A model generated the notes under the pieces. It was not told the DNA's origin, made no database searches, and was given only the letters and a program-made list of their open reading frames with translations. DNA of 64,000 nucleotides, from positions 32,001 through 96,000 of the forward strand of contig JBCBUK010000013.1 in the NCBI GenBank assembly GCA_039818205.1. Reading direction: 5' to 3'. Every line of letters begins with the position of its first letter. Position 1 is the first letter of the stretch. Below are positions 38,813-49,952 of this stretch, piece after piece. The position numbers were made by a program, and so were the translations under genes. The DNA is from Verrucomicrobiota bacterium. GTDB taxonomy: Bacteria; Verrucomicrobiota; Verrucomicrobiia; Opitutales; Cerasicoccaceae.

Positions 38813-40063
38813 TTAGATCGAGGTGCCTCGGATGATCGTTCCGGGTTCCAGTTTAGCGGCTCGACGCGCTGGAATGTAGCTTGCGATCATCACCGTAATC
38901 CCGGCAACGATTCCTGCCCAGATATAGTGGTTGAAGTCCCAGTTCACGATGAAGGAGTCCGCGGTGAAGATACCGCGAATTTTAATCGGAAGTTTGGAGA
39001 TGGCGAAGGTGACAAAGGCTCCGAAAGTCCAGCCGCACACGGTGCCCGCAATCAGGACCAGAAAGCCCTGCCAGAGGAAGATGCGTGAGATGTCTTGCCG
39101 CGAGTAGCCGATGGACCGCAGAATCGCGATTTCCCGCGTTTTCTCCATCACGAGCATGGCGAGGGTATTAAACATCCCTAGACCTGAAATTAGAATGATC
39201 GTCGAAACCGTGATGGCCGATGAAATTCGCAAAACGGAAAAGACCTGTAGCCAGGACCGCTCCCGTTCCTGCCAAGCGACGACGTTGTGGTTGAGTGCGT
39301 CCTCCAGGCGTTCAGCGAGTACGGTGGCGTTCCCCACGTCGCGCACGCCGATTTGGAAGATTGCTTCACCAAATGGCTTCTTAAAGAGCGCACGAGCCTC
39401 GCCAATGTGCATGAAGACGCGGGATTTATCGATTTGGGTGATGCCAGTCTCGAAAATACCGACCACTTTGTAGCGCCGGGTGTCGCCAGCGTATTCGAAA
39501 ATCAGATAGTCGCCAATTTGCGTCTGCAGTCGTTCGGCCAGACCGTTGGCCAGAAGAATGGCACTTGGATTGAAACGGAAATCATCCAGGTTACCCCACT
39601 TCAACTGCGACTCGATATCGGTCACCTCCATGTGGTCGCTGATGCGGATGCCCAGTACCTTGGCGAGCTCCTCGCTAAACGAACTGAGGACTCGCGCATC
39701 TCCTTGGAGCACCTCGGAAACCGCGGTGACTTCACTGAAATCTTCCACGGCGACTCTCAGCTTATTCGGGTATTCAATGCCGGGGATGTATTTGCGGCTG
39801 GCTTCGGTGCGAACGTAAAAATTGGCGTCGCCTTCATCGCCTGCGCCCTTGAGCGCGATACCTGGCAATTGAAAGCGGTCCTCAATGCGAATCGGGCTGT
39901 CGGCGCCGATAATGGTATCGATGTAGAATTTCTCGAAACCGCTCGTCTGCGCCTGCGTCACGATGAAGAAACCGACACCAAAAACGATACCCGCGAGGCT
40001 CATTATCATTGAGCGCTTGCGTGAAACGATGAATCGAAAGGCAATGGCGAAATTTGGACTCAC
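38813..40063 (-). CDS. ABC transporter permease, LolC/E (FtsX) family
   Basis: Four-TM FtsX layout; EKTREIAILRSIG, YIPARRAAKLEP. Confidence 0.9.
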   Translation of the reverse strand: MSPNFAIAFRFIVSRKRSMIMSLAGIVFGVGFFIVTQAQTSGFEKFYIDTIIGADSPIRIEDRFQLPGIALKGAGDEGDANFYVRTEASRKYIPGIEYPNKLRVAVEDFSEVTAVSEVLQGDARVLSSFSEELAKVLGIRISDHMEVTDIESQLKWGNLDDFRFNPSAILLANGLAERLQTQIGDYLIFEYAGDTRRYKVVGIFETGITQIDKSRVFMHIGEARALFKKPFGEAIFQIGVRDVGNATVLAERLEDALNHNVVAWQERERSWLQVFSVLRISSAITVSTIILISGLGMFNTLAMLVMEKTREIAILRSIGYSRQDISRIFLWQGFLVLIAGTVCGWTFGAFVTFAISKLPIKIRGIFTADSFIVNWDFNHYIWAGIVAGITVMIASYIPARRAAKLEPGTIIRGTSI

Positions 40064-40081
40064 AGGGAAAGGTGATCGGGG

Positions 40082-41215
40082 CTATCTGAGCATCTCAGAT
40101 TGGTTCTCGAGGATGTTTACTTTGTCGCCATTGCGGATCTGTCGTGGGTCTTCCACAACGACGGATTCACCTTCCTTCAGACCGCCAGTAATTTCGGCCT
40201 GTAGGAGCCCAACAAAGCCCGTCTCCACCTGTCGTTCTTCGGCCACACCATCGACGACCACGTAAACAATGTTTCCGAGCAAGCCGCGGCGGGGAATGAT
40301 CAAGGTGTCATCTCGACTTGCTTTGGTCACGGAGGATTCACCGGTCATACCGTCGACCAAGTCGCCCTCCTCGGCGTTCTCCAGCTCCACGAAGATATCC
40401 CGGCGCTTGGTCTCGGCGTTCGAGGTTGGGAGCAGCTGAGTTACTTGTCCGGTAAATAATTTTGCGCCGTAGCCAAGCAGCTTCAGCGAAACGGGTTGTC
40501 CAGGGCGGATGCCCGGGAAGTCTTCTTCACTAATGCTGATACGCACGAGCTTTTGGTTGCTCAATATGCGGCCCAAGGTTGTGGGCTCCTCGACGTAGTC
40601 ACCGGGAAATACCTGGGCATCGATCAGCAGGCCATCGATCGGCGAACGAATCTCCATGTCGCGGCGGCGTTCTTCCAGCTGACTGATCTCTTGCTTTAAG
40701 GTCTTTTCGGCGGCCTCCCAGTCAATGTATTGCTGGCGGACCTGGCGTTCCAGCTTGGTCACGTTCCGCTTCAGCTTGATGAGTTCAGACTTCGGGAATT
40801 GGTCGATCTCGGCTAAGGCCGAGCTTTCCTCGAGCTCCTGTTTGGAGTTGTCCAGATCGGGTTCCAGTGGCGAACCGTTTTTGATCCGTTCGCGAACTGT
40901 TTCGAGTTCCAGCTTTTTATTCTCGATTTCGAAGTCTAGGTCGCGGGTATCCTGCTTGAAGATTACCTGACCTTCGCGAACGCGCACGCCGCCCAATTGT
41001 GGGTCATAGACTGAATCGATAATCAATCCGGGTTCGCGATTTTTAAGGTCGATGTCCAATGCGGCCTCTACGCTCACGTTACCCGATACCGCGTCCAACG
41101 CCGTTCCGCGATCGACGTCCATCACCCGAACGTCTGTGGTCGCATTATACATCGGAATGGTCACCGCGGCGGCGATCACCAGGATCACCAATAAAATTTT
41201 CCACCAATTTTTCAC
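40082..41215 (-). CDS. efflux periplasmic adaptor (membrane fusion protein)
   Basis: N-terminal anchor, coiled coil, IRSPIDG, GLKEGESVV. Confidence 0.9.
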   Translation of the reverse strand: MKNWWKILLVILVIAAAVTIPMYNATTDVRVMDVDRGTALDAVSGNVSVEAALDIDLKNREPGLIIDSVYDPQLGGVRVREGQVIFKQDTRDLDFEIENKKLELETVRERIKNGSPLEPDLDNSKQELEESSALAEIDQFPKSELIKLKRNVTKLERQVRQQYIDWEAAEKTLKQEISQLEERRRDMEIRSPIDGLLIDAQVFPGDYVEEPTTLGRILSNQKLVRISISEEDFPGIRPGQPVSLKLLGYGAKLFTGQVTQLLPTSNAETKRRDIFVELENAEEGDLVDGMTGESSVTKASRDDTLIIPRRGLLGNIVYVVVDGVAEERQVETGFVGLLQAEITGGLKEGESVVVEDPRQIRNGDKVNILENQSEMLR

Positions 41216-41721
41216 GATTTTAGTCTAGTGCTCTGGGTCGGTTGGGAATTGCTGAATCTAGGGTGTTCACAAAGTTCGAAAATAGGATCTATTGCGGCCC
41301 GAAGCTCATCGATCAGTTCAGGATTCATGAACTCGTAGTTATCTTCAATATCCAAAACGTGTACCTCGCGATGCCTCATTGCCTCCGGGAAATCTGCGAC
41401 AAGTCGTTGCCTGTGCTTAGATTCCATTGCGATGACCAGATCGGCCCAGCGAATATCGTCGAGCGAAACTTGGTGCTTTGCTTTAGAGCTGGTGCCGCCC
41501 GATCGGGTATTCACCAAAGGCATCGTCTTGTAGATCTTCTCCGCGGTTGGGCTCCTCCACTTATTCATGGAGCATACGAACAATACGTTGATGCTTTCTT
41601 CAGCCAATTTCTGCCTTTGATTTTTGATCGGATAATCAATGCCCAACTGTTTGGCGCGGTGGACCTTCTCAGACCTGAGATAGAGGTCCTTCCATCGCTT
41701 TTCCTTAGGCCAATCTTCCAT
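41212..41721 (-). CDS. low-molecular-weight protein-tyrosine-phosphatase-like protein with N-terminal extension
   Basis: VLFVCSMNKWRSPTAE (CX5RS), RSGGT, WADLV, LDIEDNY. Confidence 0.85.
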   Translation of the reverse strand: MEDWPKEKRWKDLYLRSEKVHRAKQLGIDYPIKNQRQKLAEESINVLFVCSMNKWRSPTAEKIYKTMPLVNTRSGGTSSKAKHQVSLDDIRWADLVIAMESKHRQRLVADFPEAMRHREVHVLDIEDNYEFMNPELIDELRAAIDPIFELCEHPRFSNSQPTQSTRLKS

Positions 41722-41756
41722 GTAACTTGATTCGCGGGAGAGACAAAAGTCTCAGC

Positions 41757-43160
41757 TTACCAGTAGAAGTTCTCTGGGTAGACTTCATTGACCGGTTTTT
41801 CCAGCGGATGTTTCGGAGTGGCGAAAGGATCGCGGCCATAAATTGATAGGAGTTCGCTGGAATTGCCCAATAGGTCGAGACGGTAGCTGGCGAGGGTCAG
41901 GCTATCCGCGAGTAGTTCGTTGCGGGCGGTCAAGAGTTCGGCTTCGGTCGCGGTATCCTTTTCCACCTCGGTTTCAATTCGCTCCATGGTGTTCTCGCTG
42001 ATGGCAACGCGGCGTTCCCAGAGGCGGATGTCGCGTTGGAGCATCTTGCGGTTCCGCTGCAAGCGTTCAACCTCCAGTCTGTCCTTGGCTGCAATGTGTT
42101 CCGCTTCGTCCTGGAGGGCGCGCTGTTTGGCTTTCGATTGAATTTTCTGCCACTGGGTTTCGAAACCATCAAAGATGTGCCAGTTGACGCGCAGATAGAC
42201 GGTGAATACTGTCCGGTCCACGTTGTCCAACCCTTGGGTCGCAATTTGGTCCTGGTAGGCTTCAGCGACGAGATCGAAAAGTGGCAAATTCTTCGCGCGG
42301 ATGCGGACGAAATCCGCCTCTTCGATGTTCAGTTCTTCCTGTTTGTTCAGATACTCGGCAGAGGGTGGCGCGGCGGCCGTTGCAATAATTTCTGATGAGC
42401 TCTGTTCAGCCCGCTCCATTTGGTTCAAGCGGAGCAGAAGGTCTTGGTCGATTCCGAGGATGGGCGCTTGCCAGCCACTAGCCAGGCGCAAGTCTTCCTC
42501 GAGCATATCAGATTCGTCTTGTGCGCGTTCGAGGGCAATCTGGGCTTCTTCAACCGCGAGACGCTCTAGTTCGAGGTCGTCCGAGGTGATTCGACCAGCG
42601 TCGGCCTGCTGCATGCTGCTACTCAGGTTTTGCTGCAAACGGGAGACTTCGGCCTGGTAATAGCCGATCTGTTCGCGGGCGAATAGCAGGCGCAAATAAA
42701 GGGTCCGTACCCGGAGAACCAACAGTCGATAGGTTTCGTTGTAGTTATTCTCCTCAATCGATTTCCGAAACTTACCAATGTCACGCCAAGCATCGAGCGA
42801 ACCCCAGTGATAAAGCTCTTGTTCGAGGCGGGCGATACCGAATGGCTGCGTGGTATTCTGAAACTCAGGATCGCCATCACGAAATTCACTGCGGTTGGCC
42901 AGCTGAAGATTCATCCGCAATTGGGGCCATTTTTGGGCGAGCCGGGCGTGCTCGTCGGCCTCGGCTGCTTGGACCCTGGCTCGCTGAATCAACATCTCAG
43001 GCGATTCCTCCTCCATGCGCTGGAGAATATCGGTCAACTCAGGGAAGGCGGTCTCTGGAAGGTGGAGGGAAGTCTCACCGTTTAGCGAGGATGCTGAGAA
43101 TAATGCGAGCAGCAATATCAGCACCGAACTATATGTTGATCTTCTGAAACTATCGGACAT
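41757..43160 (-). CDS. TolC family outer membrane protein
   Basis: Signal peptide; two OEP repeats (WPQL...LYHWG; LPLFDL...WHIFDGF). Confidence 0.85.
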   Translation of the reverse strand: MSDSFRRSTYSSVLILLLALFSASSLNGETSLHLPETAFPELTDILQRMEEESPEMLIQRARVQAAEADEHARLAQKWPQLRMNLQLANRSEFRDGDPEFQNTTQPFGIARLEQELYHWGSLDAWRDIGKFRKSIEENNYNETYRLLVLRVRTLYLRLLFAREQIGYYQAEVSRLQQNLSSSMQQADAGRITSDDLELERLAVEEAQIALERAQDESDMLEEDLRLASGWQAPILGIDQDLLLRLNQMERAEQSSSEIIATAAAPPSAEYLNKQEELNIEEADFVRIRAKNLPLFDLVAEAYQDQIATQGLDNVDRTVFTVYLRVNWHIFDGFETQWQKIQSKAKQRALQDEAEHIAAKDRLEVERLQRNRKMLQRDIRLWERRVAISENTMERIETEVEKDTATEAELLTARNELLADSLTLASYRLDLLGNSSELLSIYGRDPFATPKHPLEKPVNEVYPENFYW

Positions 43161-43321
43161 GCAAAAATCGAGTAAGAATCTGCATGCAGGGGGCAATGGC
43201 AACCCTTTTCCGGAGGTGATAGAAGGTGAACGGCTGGTTCGTTTCTAGTGTATGCTTGACCAAAATTGATGGAATTATTGCACTGAAACGCGAGTCACCG
43301 ACAAACTGTCTCTATTGTGGT

Positions 43322-44053
43322 ATGACTGAACGGCAATTACGTAAGTGGATGCTTCGGGATCGAATGAACGATGCCTGGTTTGTTTCCAAAGGCGGGGAAT
43401 CGCTTGATGGCCCTCACTCCTTGTCCTCCATTTTTCGCCGAACGAATAAGGCGAAGAAGAAGGTGGCGATCATGCACGCTTCCCAGAAGAATAAGAAAGA
43501 ACCGGCCTGGGTTTATCTCGACCTGAAATCCCACATGCGGGATGGCGAGCGGCATCATCTTGAAAGGAAATTCAAGCGTCGGCGTCAGCATGTGATGGTC
43601 AAAGTAGGCGCCGTGGTTGCCGTAGCCGCGATCATTGCACTGCTCACGGTTGATTTTAGTGGGGCCCCTGGGCCCGCAGACGCACCAAGTAGTGCGCAGG
43701 CGTACATGACGCCACAGGAGCGCGTTCTTGACCGCCTGGCAAAAAATGAATCGTCCGGTGAACCGGCGTCCGAGTGGAAGCCAGTGATCAAGATGGCTTT
43801 AGCTGAAACCGAGAAATTCTTCTACATCAAGAACTACAACGAAGATCCATGGCCGTCGGTGGAAATCGTCTTGAATGGCCGCTTTTACCTGGAGATGGAA
43901 GATACGCGGGTTGAGCCGAACGGTGATTTGGCGGTTCCCAAACGCCAGCTTATTGATCCAGATTCGCGGGATCGGTTCGTCGATCTGAATGAAGGTCTCC
44001 GGCACATCAAGATGGTGGTTCCTGGCTTCAAAGAACTTTCGCATCGGCAGTGA
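43322..44053 (+). CDS. hypothetical single-pass membrane protein
   Basis: Basic N-terminal domain, one TM helix, C-terminal extracytoplasmic domain; GTGA overlap with rsmE. Confidence 0.65.
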   Translation: MTERQLRKWMLRDRMNDAWFVSKGGESLDGPHSLSSIFRRTNKAKKKVAIMHASQKNKKEPAWVYLDLKSHMRDGERHHLERKFKRRRQHVMVKVGAVVAVAAIIALLTVDFSGAPGPADAPSSAQAYMTPQERVLDRLAKNESSGEPASEWKPVIKMALAETEKFFYIKNYNEDPWPSVEIVLNGRFYLEMEDTRVEPNGDLAVPKRQLIDPDSRDRFVDLNEGLRHIKMVVPGFKELSHRQ

Positions 44054-44763
44054 ATATCATCCTCTTCGATTCCGAGGCTGAAGCAGAGTTCATCCCCGCA
44101 GCTGATCATCGGGCCAAGCACGTCCGAAAGGTCCTTGGCCTCGGTGTTGGGGATTCGCTTTTTGTTGGCGTGGTCAATGGCCATCGGGGTAAGGCGACCA
44201 TCGTGAGCGACGGTGAGCCAGGGATCACCCTTTTGGTCGATTGGGAGCCGCGACCTCCAATTACCTATCCAATTCGGCTGCTCATTGGCCTGCCTCGACC
44301 CCACACGGCGCGCAAAATCCTCTTCGATGCCGCCTGCCTCGGCGTTGAACGCCTGGACTTCTTTGAGTCGCAGAAGGGTGAGCCCTCCTACCGCAAGAGT
44401 AAACTATGGGCGTCAGACGAGTGGCGGGAGCGGCTCCGATTGGGGGCGGAACAGGCATTTGCGACTCAGTTGCCCCAGGTCGAGCATTTTGGGACCCTGC
44501 AGGCCGCGCTTGAGGCAGATCCCTTGCCCGGACTGGCGCTCGATGTCTATGAAGGCGAGGGGCCACTGTCGCGGTTCTGCCCCAAACGGTTGGAACCGAC
44601 CCAACTGGCAATTGGATCAGAGCGCGGGTGGTCCGCCGATGAGCGAAACGTTTTGCGTGGGCATGGCTTCAGGCTAGTCGGTCTGGGGGAGCGGGTTCTG
44701 CGCACAGAAACTGCTTGTGTAACAGCTGTTTCGGTGGTTCTCGCCGCAGCAAACTGCCTTTAA
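44050..44763 (+). CDS. rsmE: 16S rRNA (uracil1498-N3)-methyltransferase family protein
   Basis: HVRKVL, GAEQ, AIGSERGWS, LGERVLRTETA. Confidence 0.88.
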   Translation: MNIILFDSEAEAEFIPAADHRAKHVRKVLGLGVGDSLFVGVVNGHRGKATIVSDGEPGITLLVDWEPRPPITYPIRLLIGLPRPHTARKILFDAACLGVERLDFFESQKGEPSYRKSKLWASDEWRERLRLGAEQAFATQLPQVEHFGTLQAALEADPLPGLALDVYEGEGPLSRFCPKRLEPTQLAIGSERGWSADERNVLRGHGFRLVGLGERVLRTETACVTAVSVVLAAANCL

Positions 44764-44808
44764 ATTGGCTCGCCCCGTAGGCAAAATTACGCTTTACCTA
44801 CAGCTCCA

Positions 44809-45498
44809 ATGAACGTTTCTGTTGTTATTCCCTGCTACAACGAATTGGCGACCATTGAATCGGTCGTCGATACCGTAAAAGCCTCAGCGGTCGGTGACCT
44901 GGAAATTGTGGTGGTCGACGATTTTTCAACCGATGGCACGCGTGATCTGTTAAAGGAGAAAATTGCTCCAAAGGTCAGCCAGGTTGTCTATCACGACGTC
45001 AATATGGGGAAAGGAGCCGCCTTGCGCACGGGAATCAAGTCGGTTACTGGCGATATCGTCATTATTCAAGATGCCGACTTAGAATACGACCCCGCCGAGT
45101 ATCCTAAGTTGCTCAAGCCAATATTGGACAACAAGGCCGATGTTGTCTACGGCTCTCGGTTTGCCGGGGGTGAGTCCCACCGTGTCGTCTATTTCTGGCA
45201 CATGATGGGCAATGAATTCCTCACGTTCTTGTCGAACATGTTCACCAATCTCAACCTCACGGACATGGAGACCTGCTACAAGGTCTTCCGAAAGGAGATA
45301 CTGGACAAAATCGAGATCGAAGAGAATCGATTTGGTTTCGAGCCTGAGATCACCGCAAAGGTCGCAAAACAGCGTTGTCGCATCTTTGAGGTGGGCATCT
45401 CCTACTACGGCCGGACCTATGAGGAGGGGAAGAAAATTGGGTGGAAAGACGGTGTTCGGGCCATCTACGCGATCCTCAAATACAACCTTTTCCGTTGA
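44809..45498 (+). CDS. GT2 glycosyltransferase (polyprenol-phosphate mannose synthase-like)
   Basis: [43 protein letters not shown]. Confidence 0.92.
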   Translation: MNVSVVIPCYNELATIESVVDTVKASAVGDLEIVVVDDFSTDGTRDLLKEKIAPKVSQVVYHDVNMGKGAALRTGIKSVTGDIVIIQDADLEYDPAEYPKLLKPILDNKADVVYGSRFAGGESHRVVYFWHMMGNEFLTFLSNMFTNLNLTDMETCYKVFRKEILDKIEIEENRFGFEPEITAKVAKQRCRIFEVGISYYGRTYEEGKKIGWKDGVRAIYAILKYNLFR

Positions 45499-45765
45499 TA
45501 TTCAGGGATATCGACCTAGGGGATTCTTTTTGCGATTACAGAATCATAAAACTCCGAATGGGGTGTTTTCTTTATTGTAAAAAAACTGTTTAGGGCTTAA
45601 GATAATTAACGAAAATCTCGATAACTACCCTATACACAATCTCGTCCCGCAAATAGTTCCTCAAATAAGCGCCTAACTTTTCCACTGATTGGAAATACAA
45701 AGGGCACTACACTCAGTAAACTATTCTACGGTTGAGTCTTTAAATAAAGAACACTTACCGAAGCA

Positions 45766-47124
45766 ATGCCTCCTCAAAAAACCAGCCATTACCTAGCCGT
45801 CGGCACCCTGATGATGGCTCTCATCCAACCATCGTTCGGCGAATCTGCTGTTACTTCCCTCACCCTTATCAATGCGGACACCGATCAGCCCATCGCCGCT
45901 CACAATCCGATCGCCGATGGTGCTGTGCTCGACCTCGCCAAACTGCCGACACGCAAGTTGAATGTATTGGCCAACACAGATTCCAGCACAGTCAAGAGCG
46001 TGCGTTTTGGCTACAACGGCAACCCCAATCATCGCACTGAGAGCTACGCCCCATTCTCATTCGCAATGGATGAGGAAGGCGATTATTTCGCTTGGACCCC
46101 AAAAATTGGGCAGCACCAGTTGTCTGTGACAACATATTCCGAACGCAACGCGACCGGAGCCAAGGGCACACCGCTTGTGGTCAATTTTACGGTGATTGAT
46201 TCATCCGATCCCGATGCGACGGCAATCGCTTTGGTTAATTCGGCTCCGGCTCCCGCCCCAAAGAAAGTTGTTTCAACACCCGCCCCGAAAGTGGTCAAGC
46301 CGGCACCCGCCCCAAAGAAGGCTGCGCCAAAGCCTGTTGCTAAGACATTTAACCGCGAAAAACGTCCGATCAAGAATGCGGATGGTTGGTATCTCATCGA
46401 TGACTTCGAGGACCTTCCTCATGGCACGGAGTTGACCGACCTTGCTCAGTGGTTGCCTAAGCCCGGCTACGGTTCGGCTACGGTTGAGGTGATCAACGGT
46501 AGAAACGCGGTGGCTCAGATCGGCCCAGGCCAAGCAGTCATCTCGAATTCTGCAACCGGCATCGAAATTCCTGCCAATTCGAGCGGCGTCCTTTATTTCA
46601 AATTCAAGATGGTCGGTGATACCCGGTTCTCGGGTGGCGTTTTTGGCATGGCAAGCTCGCCAGTCGTTGACGCATCGGAAATCGATGCGGCTTGGAACCT
46701 TGGTCGTCCCGAGGACGGTTCGCGCCCAAGTGCCACCCTGTCCGTGAACCAGGAGGGCAAAGATATCTACCTTGTTCGCAATCGCGGCCGAATGAATAAG
46801 GCCTATGGTGACATGAACCCCGAGATCAAGCCCAACATCTGGTATGACGTCTGGGTCACGATCGATAACAGCCGCGATGAAATGCGGATGTATATTCAAG
46901 GTGGAGATTTTCGTGGACGCACGGAGGTGTCTCACTACCGCGATTCGAAACAAACATCTTTCCCATTCCAGGTTAAGGGAGCGTTGGACCTGCGCCACTT
47001 CGTAATTGCCAATCCCCTTGATGGAACCGGTAAGGGACGCAACCCACGCACCCTTCAAGTGGACGAGATAAATTTCATGTTGCGAACCCCACCTAGCTCA
47101 CTCGCATCGGATCGTCGCCGTTAG
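45766..47124 (+). CDS. secreted two-domain protein (Ig-like module, Pro/Ala/Lys linker, beta-rich domain)
   Basis: Signal peptide; [15 protein letters not shown]...LVVNFTVID module; PAPAPKK linker repeats. Confidence 0.7.
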   Translation: MPPQKTSHYLAVGTLMMALIQPSFGESAVTSLTLINADTDQPIAAHNPIADGAVLDLAKLPTRKLNVLANTDSSTVKSVRFGYNGNPNHRTESYAPFSFAMDEEGDYFAWTPKIGQHQLSVTTYSERNATGAKGTPLVVNFTVIDSSDPDATAIALVNSAPAPAPKKVVSTPAPKVVKPAPAPKKAAPKPVAKTFNREKRPIKNADGWYLIDDFEDLPHGTELTDLAQWLPKPGYGSATVEVINGRNAVAQIGPGQAVISNSATGIEIPANSSGVLYFKFKMVGDTRFSGGVFGMASSPVVDASEIDAAWNLGRPEDGSRPSATLSVNQEGKDIYLVRNRGRMNKAYGDMNPEIKPNIWYDVWVTIDNSRDEMRMYIQGGDFRGRTEVSHYRDSKQTSFPFQVKGALDLRHFVIANPLDGTGKGRNPRTLQVDEINFMLRTPPSSLASDRRR

Positions 47125-48122
47125 GATTCGTCTCCCACGACGCTCCAGCCAATTTCTTGCCCCGCCCACATGGGAACGACGTTCCCGTATGAGGCGGGGA
47201 TTTTCATTGGCTTTTTGACGAGTACAATCGTCGTTTCCGGCGGTTCCACCTGGTAGATCCGACGGGCATTGTAGGTCACAAAGTCGGGTAGGTTGTGCAA
47301 TCGGTCGTGCCGGTCGAACAGGTCGGCAAGCAGCTGAAGGGTGATTGGCGCGGTGAATACGCCAGCCGCGCAGCCACAGCATTCCTTTTTGTGTTGAGGA
47401 TGTGGAGCGCTGTCCGTTCCTAGGCTAAGCTTTGGGTGGGCATTGAGCGCAGCTTGCATCAAGGCATCGCGGTCGGTCGGGCGCTTGGCGATTGGCTTGC
47501 AAAACAAGTGCGGATCTAACATGCCGCCCGCGACGTCGTCGAGGGTGATCAGCAGGTGGTGGGTGGTCACCGTAGCATGGAGGTTCTCAAAACGATCCAG
47601 CAACGCGACTGCATGAGCGGTCGTGATGTGTTCCATGACGATTTTCAGCTTCGGAAATTTGGTGGCGATCCGCTCGTAAACGGTGAGAAACTCACGTTCC
47701 CGATCCATAACGAAACCGTTGCTCTCGCCGTGGACGAGGAGCGGGATGCCAAGCTCCTCCATAAGCGCCATGGTCGGCTCGGCCTGTTCGAGCTCTTTGA
47801 CACCGCCTTCGCTGTTGGTAGTGATCCCAGCTGGATAGAGTTTGATCCCAATAATGTGCGGGCGTGCCTCCTCTAGTTCTTCGCGCGTGTAGCTGCGAAA
47901 GAAGAGGGTCATGAATGGTTCGAAAGGATATTCGGGAACCGCGGCGATGATTTCGCGTCGATATTCGCGTAGGCGCTCAAGGTTGTCCACGGGCGGCACC
48001 AGGTTTGGCATGATCACCGCTCCGGCAAAATAGCGGGCGGTCAGCGGCGCAACGCGTTTGAGCATTTCGCCTTCACGCAAATGAAGGTGCATATCCAAGG
48101 GAGACTTGAGTTTGATTTCCAT
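47121..48122 (-). CDS. pyrC: dihydroorotase (short homodimeric type)
   Basis: [40 protein letters not shown]. Confidence 0.96.
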   Translation of the reverse strand: MEIKLKSPLDMHLHLREGEMLKRVAPLTARYFAGAVIMPNLVPPVDNLERLREYRREIIAAVPEYPFEPFMTLFFRSYTREELEEARPHIIGIKLYPAGITTNSEGGVKELEQAEPTMALMEELGIPLLVHGESNGFVMDREREFLTVYERIATKFPKLKIVMEHITTAHAVALLDRFENLHATVTTHHLLITLDDVAGGMLDPHLFCKPIAKRPTDRDALMQAALNAHPKLSLGTDSAPHPQHKKECCGCAAGVFTAPITLQLLADLFDRHDRLHNLPDFVTYNARRIYQVEPPETTIVLVKKPMKIPASYGNVVPMWAGQEIGWSVVGDES

Positions 48123-48146
48123 TTCAATCCAAACTACAAACGATCT

Positions 48147-49520
48147 GTGTTTTACGAAAAGAAAAATTCCTCGTTCGCTTTATTTGTTGTTCTTGGTGCC
48201 CTGATTGCGGCTCCTTTACTGAGAGCGCAAACCTATGACCCCAAACGGGTTCAGGATTATATCGATGCTCGGGTCGATCGAGATTTGAACCAATCAATTA
48301 TTGTTGGTGTCATCTCAATGGCGGGGGAGCGTTTTTATAGTGCCGGTCAGGTGTCTCCCACCGATGCCCGTGCGCCCCAGTCCGACGACGTTTTTGAGAT
48401 TGGCAGTGTCACCAACACATTTACGGCAACGGCGGCCTCAAGCATGGTGGTGGATCGGCAGCTTTCCTGGCTTCAGCCGGTTAACGCCTTCCTGCCGGAC
48501 TACGTGGAGACGCCATCATTTGGGCACCTGCCGCTTCAGTTGGTGCACCTGGCGACCCACACAAGTGGGCTGCCGCACAATCCACCGAACCTTCAGCCAC
48601 AGAATCCAGCGGATCCCTTCGCCGATTACACCAACGACCACACCTACGTGGCGATTAGTGTCATCGGGCTAACGATTCCACCCGGCCAAGAGTATAAATT
48701 TTCAATGTTGGGCTATGGCCTCTTGGGGCACGTGATAACGCTCCGCGCCAACATGTCCTACGAGGACTTGATCCAGGACCGAATCGGACGCCCACTGGCG
48801 TTGAAGGAGACATCGACGCAACCGGTGCCCGAGAAGGTGTTGCCTGGTTTCCAGGGAAGCGAGCAAGTCCCGAACTGGCACTGGGATGGCCTGGTGGGCG
48901 GTGGCGGACTTTATTCATCCGCCCGGGATCTATTGCGGTTTGTCAGCGCGCACCTGCAGATGATCAAGCTGGATAAGAATGACAAACGTGCGTTCCTGAG
49001 CACGCAGAATGCCTACAAGACCACCTCGATGCCCCACACGATGGTTGCCTACGGTTGGCACGTCACGCGGAAGGGGCTTCGCGGAGTCTATTGGCAAAAC
49101 GGGAAAACCGCTGGCTACGCATCCTACATCGGTTTCTGCCCGGCAACTAAAACCGGCTGTGTGGTGCTGACAAACTCGTCAATCCCCCTGGACGAGCTGG
49201 GTTTCTACATCCTCGACCCAGATGCTTTTCCCTTGCCGAAACCCCCGCCCAGTGGCGTGCGCCCAGCAAAGCAGCTGCGGGAATATGAAGGGGCCTACCA
49301 GATTGGTCCGGAGGCGGTCCTTGTGGTTTCGCGGGAAGGCGGTAAGCTCTATGCCCAGATTCCTGGCCAGCCACGCTATCGGGTCTATCCGGTTGGCAAA
49401 AACGAGTTTGCCTATGCTTCCGGCGATGTTCGCCTGCTCTTCGAAAGGACCCGCCAAGGCGTCGTCGGAGTGACGGTTACCATCGGCTTCAAGCAGCTCC
49501 AGGGCAAGAAGGTCAGATAA
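48147..49520 (+). CDS. beta-lactamase class C-like serine hydrolase with extra C-terminal domain and degenerate catalytic motifs
   Basis: [30 protein letters not shown]-terminal YEGAYQI...[12 protein letters not shown] start uncertain. Confidence 0.85.
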   Translation: MFYEKKNSSFALFVVLGALIAAPLLRAQTYDPKRVQDYIDARVDRDLNQSIIVGVISMAGERFYSAGQVSPTDARAPQSDDVFEIGSVTNTFTATAASSMVVDRQLSWLQPVNAFLPDYVETPSFGHLPLQLVHLATHTSGLPHNPPNLQPQNPADPFADYTNDHTYVAISVIGLTIPPGQEYKFSMLGYGLLGHVITLRANMSYEDLIQDRIGRPLALKETSTQPVPEKVLPGFQGSEQVPNWHWDGLVGGGGLYSSARDLLRFVSAHLQMIKLDKNDKRAFLSTQNAYKTTSMPHTMVAYGWHVTRKGLRGVYWQNGKTAGYASYIGFCPATKTGCVVLTNSSIPLDELGFYILDPDAFPLPKPPPSGVRPAKQLREYEGAYQIGPEAVLVVSREGGKLYAQIPGQPRYRVYPVGKNEFAYASGDVRLLFERTRQGVVGVTVTIGFKQLQGKKVR

Positions 49521-49529
49521 GGAAATCGC

Positions 49530-49940
49530 ATGAGTGAGGCCAAGCCAATCACCGAAGAATCGATTCGGGCTCAGATCCGTGTCCTGGTGGATTATTTCCG
49601 ACAATGTGGCGACACCGACCTGGGGCGCTTTCAAGTTTTGAATCGCTTCGTTGATAGTCTCCAGGGCTCGAGTGTTTTCTCGCAGGAGATCTATCAGTCC
49701 AACAGTGGCAACTATGCAGGATACCTGTTGTTTCAACCGAAAGAGTGGAATCAGTGTGCGATGTCCGTGCAGTGTTCTCCGACGGATTCGAGTATGCTTC
49801 GGATTTCCCTTACGATCGCTGAGTATGAGGAAGGTCTGCAAAAGCGCACTGAGACGAGTTACTTTTGTAAGCCGGATGAGTGTCGGAAAGTCTTTGAAAA
49901 ACTTGCCACTCAGCTGATTGCTGCCAAGGGCATCGATTAA
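49530..49940 (+). CDS. hypothetical protein
   Basis: ORF 9 nt downstream of the serine hydrolase; no motif. Confidence 0.6.
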   Translation: MSEAKPITEESIRAQIRVLVDYFRQCGDTDLGRFQVLNRFVDSLQGSSVFSQEIYQSNSGNYAGYLLFQPKEWNQCAMSVQCSPTDSSMLRISLTIAEYEEGLQKRTETSYFCKPDECRKVFEKLATQLIAAKGID

Positions 49941-49952
49941 TTCTGGCGCTGG

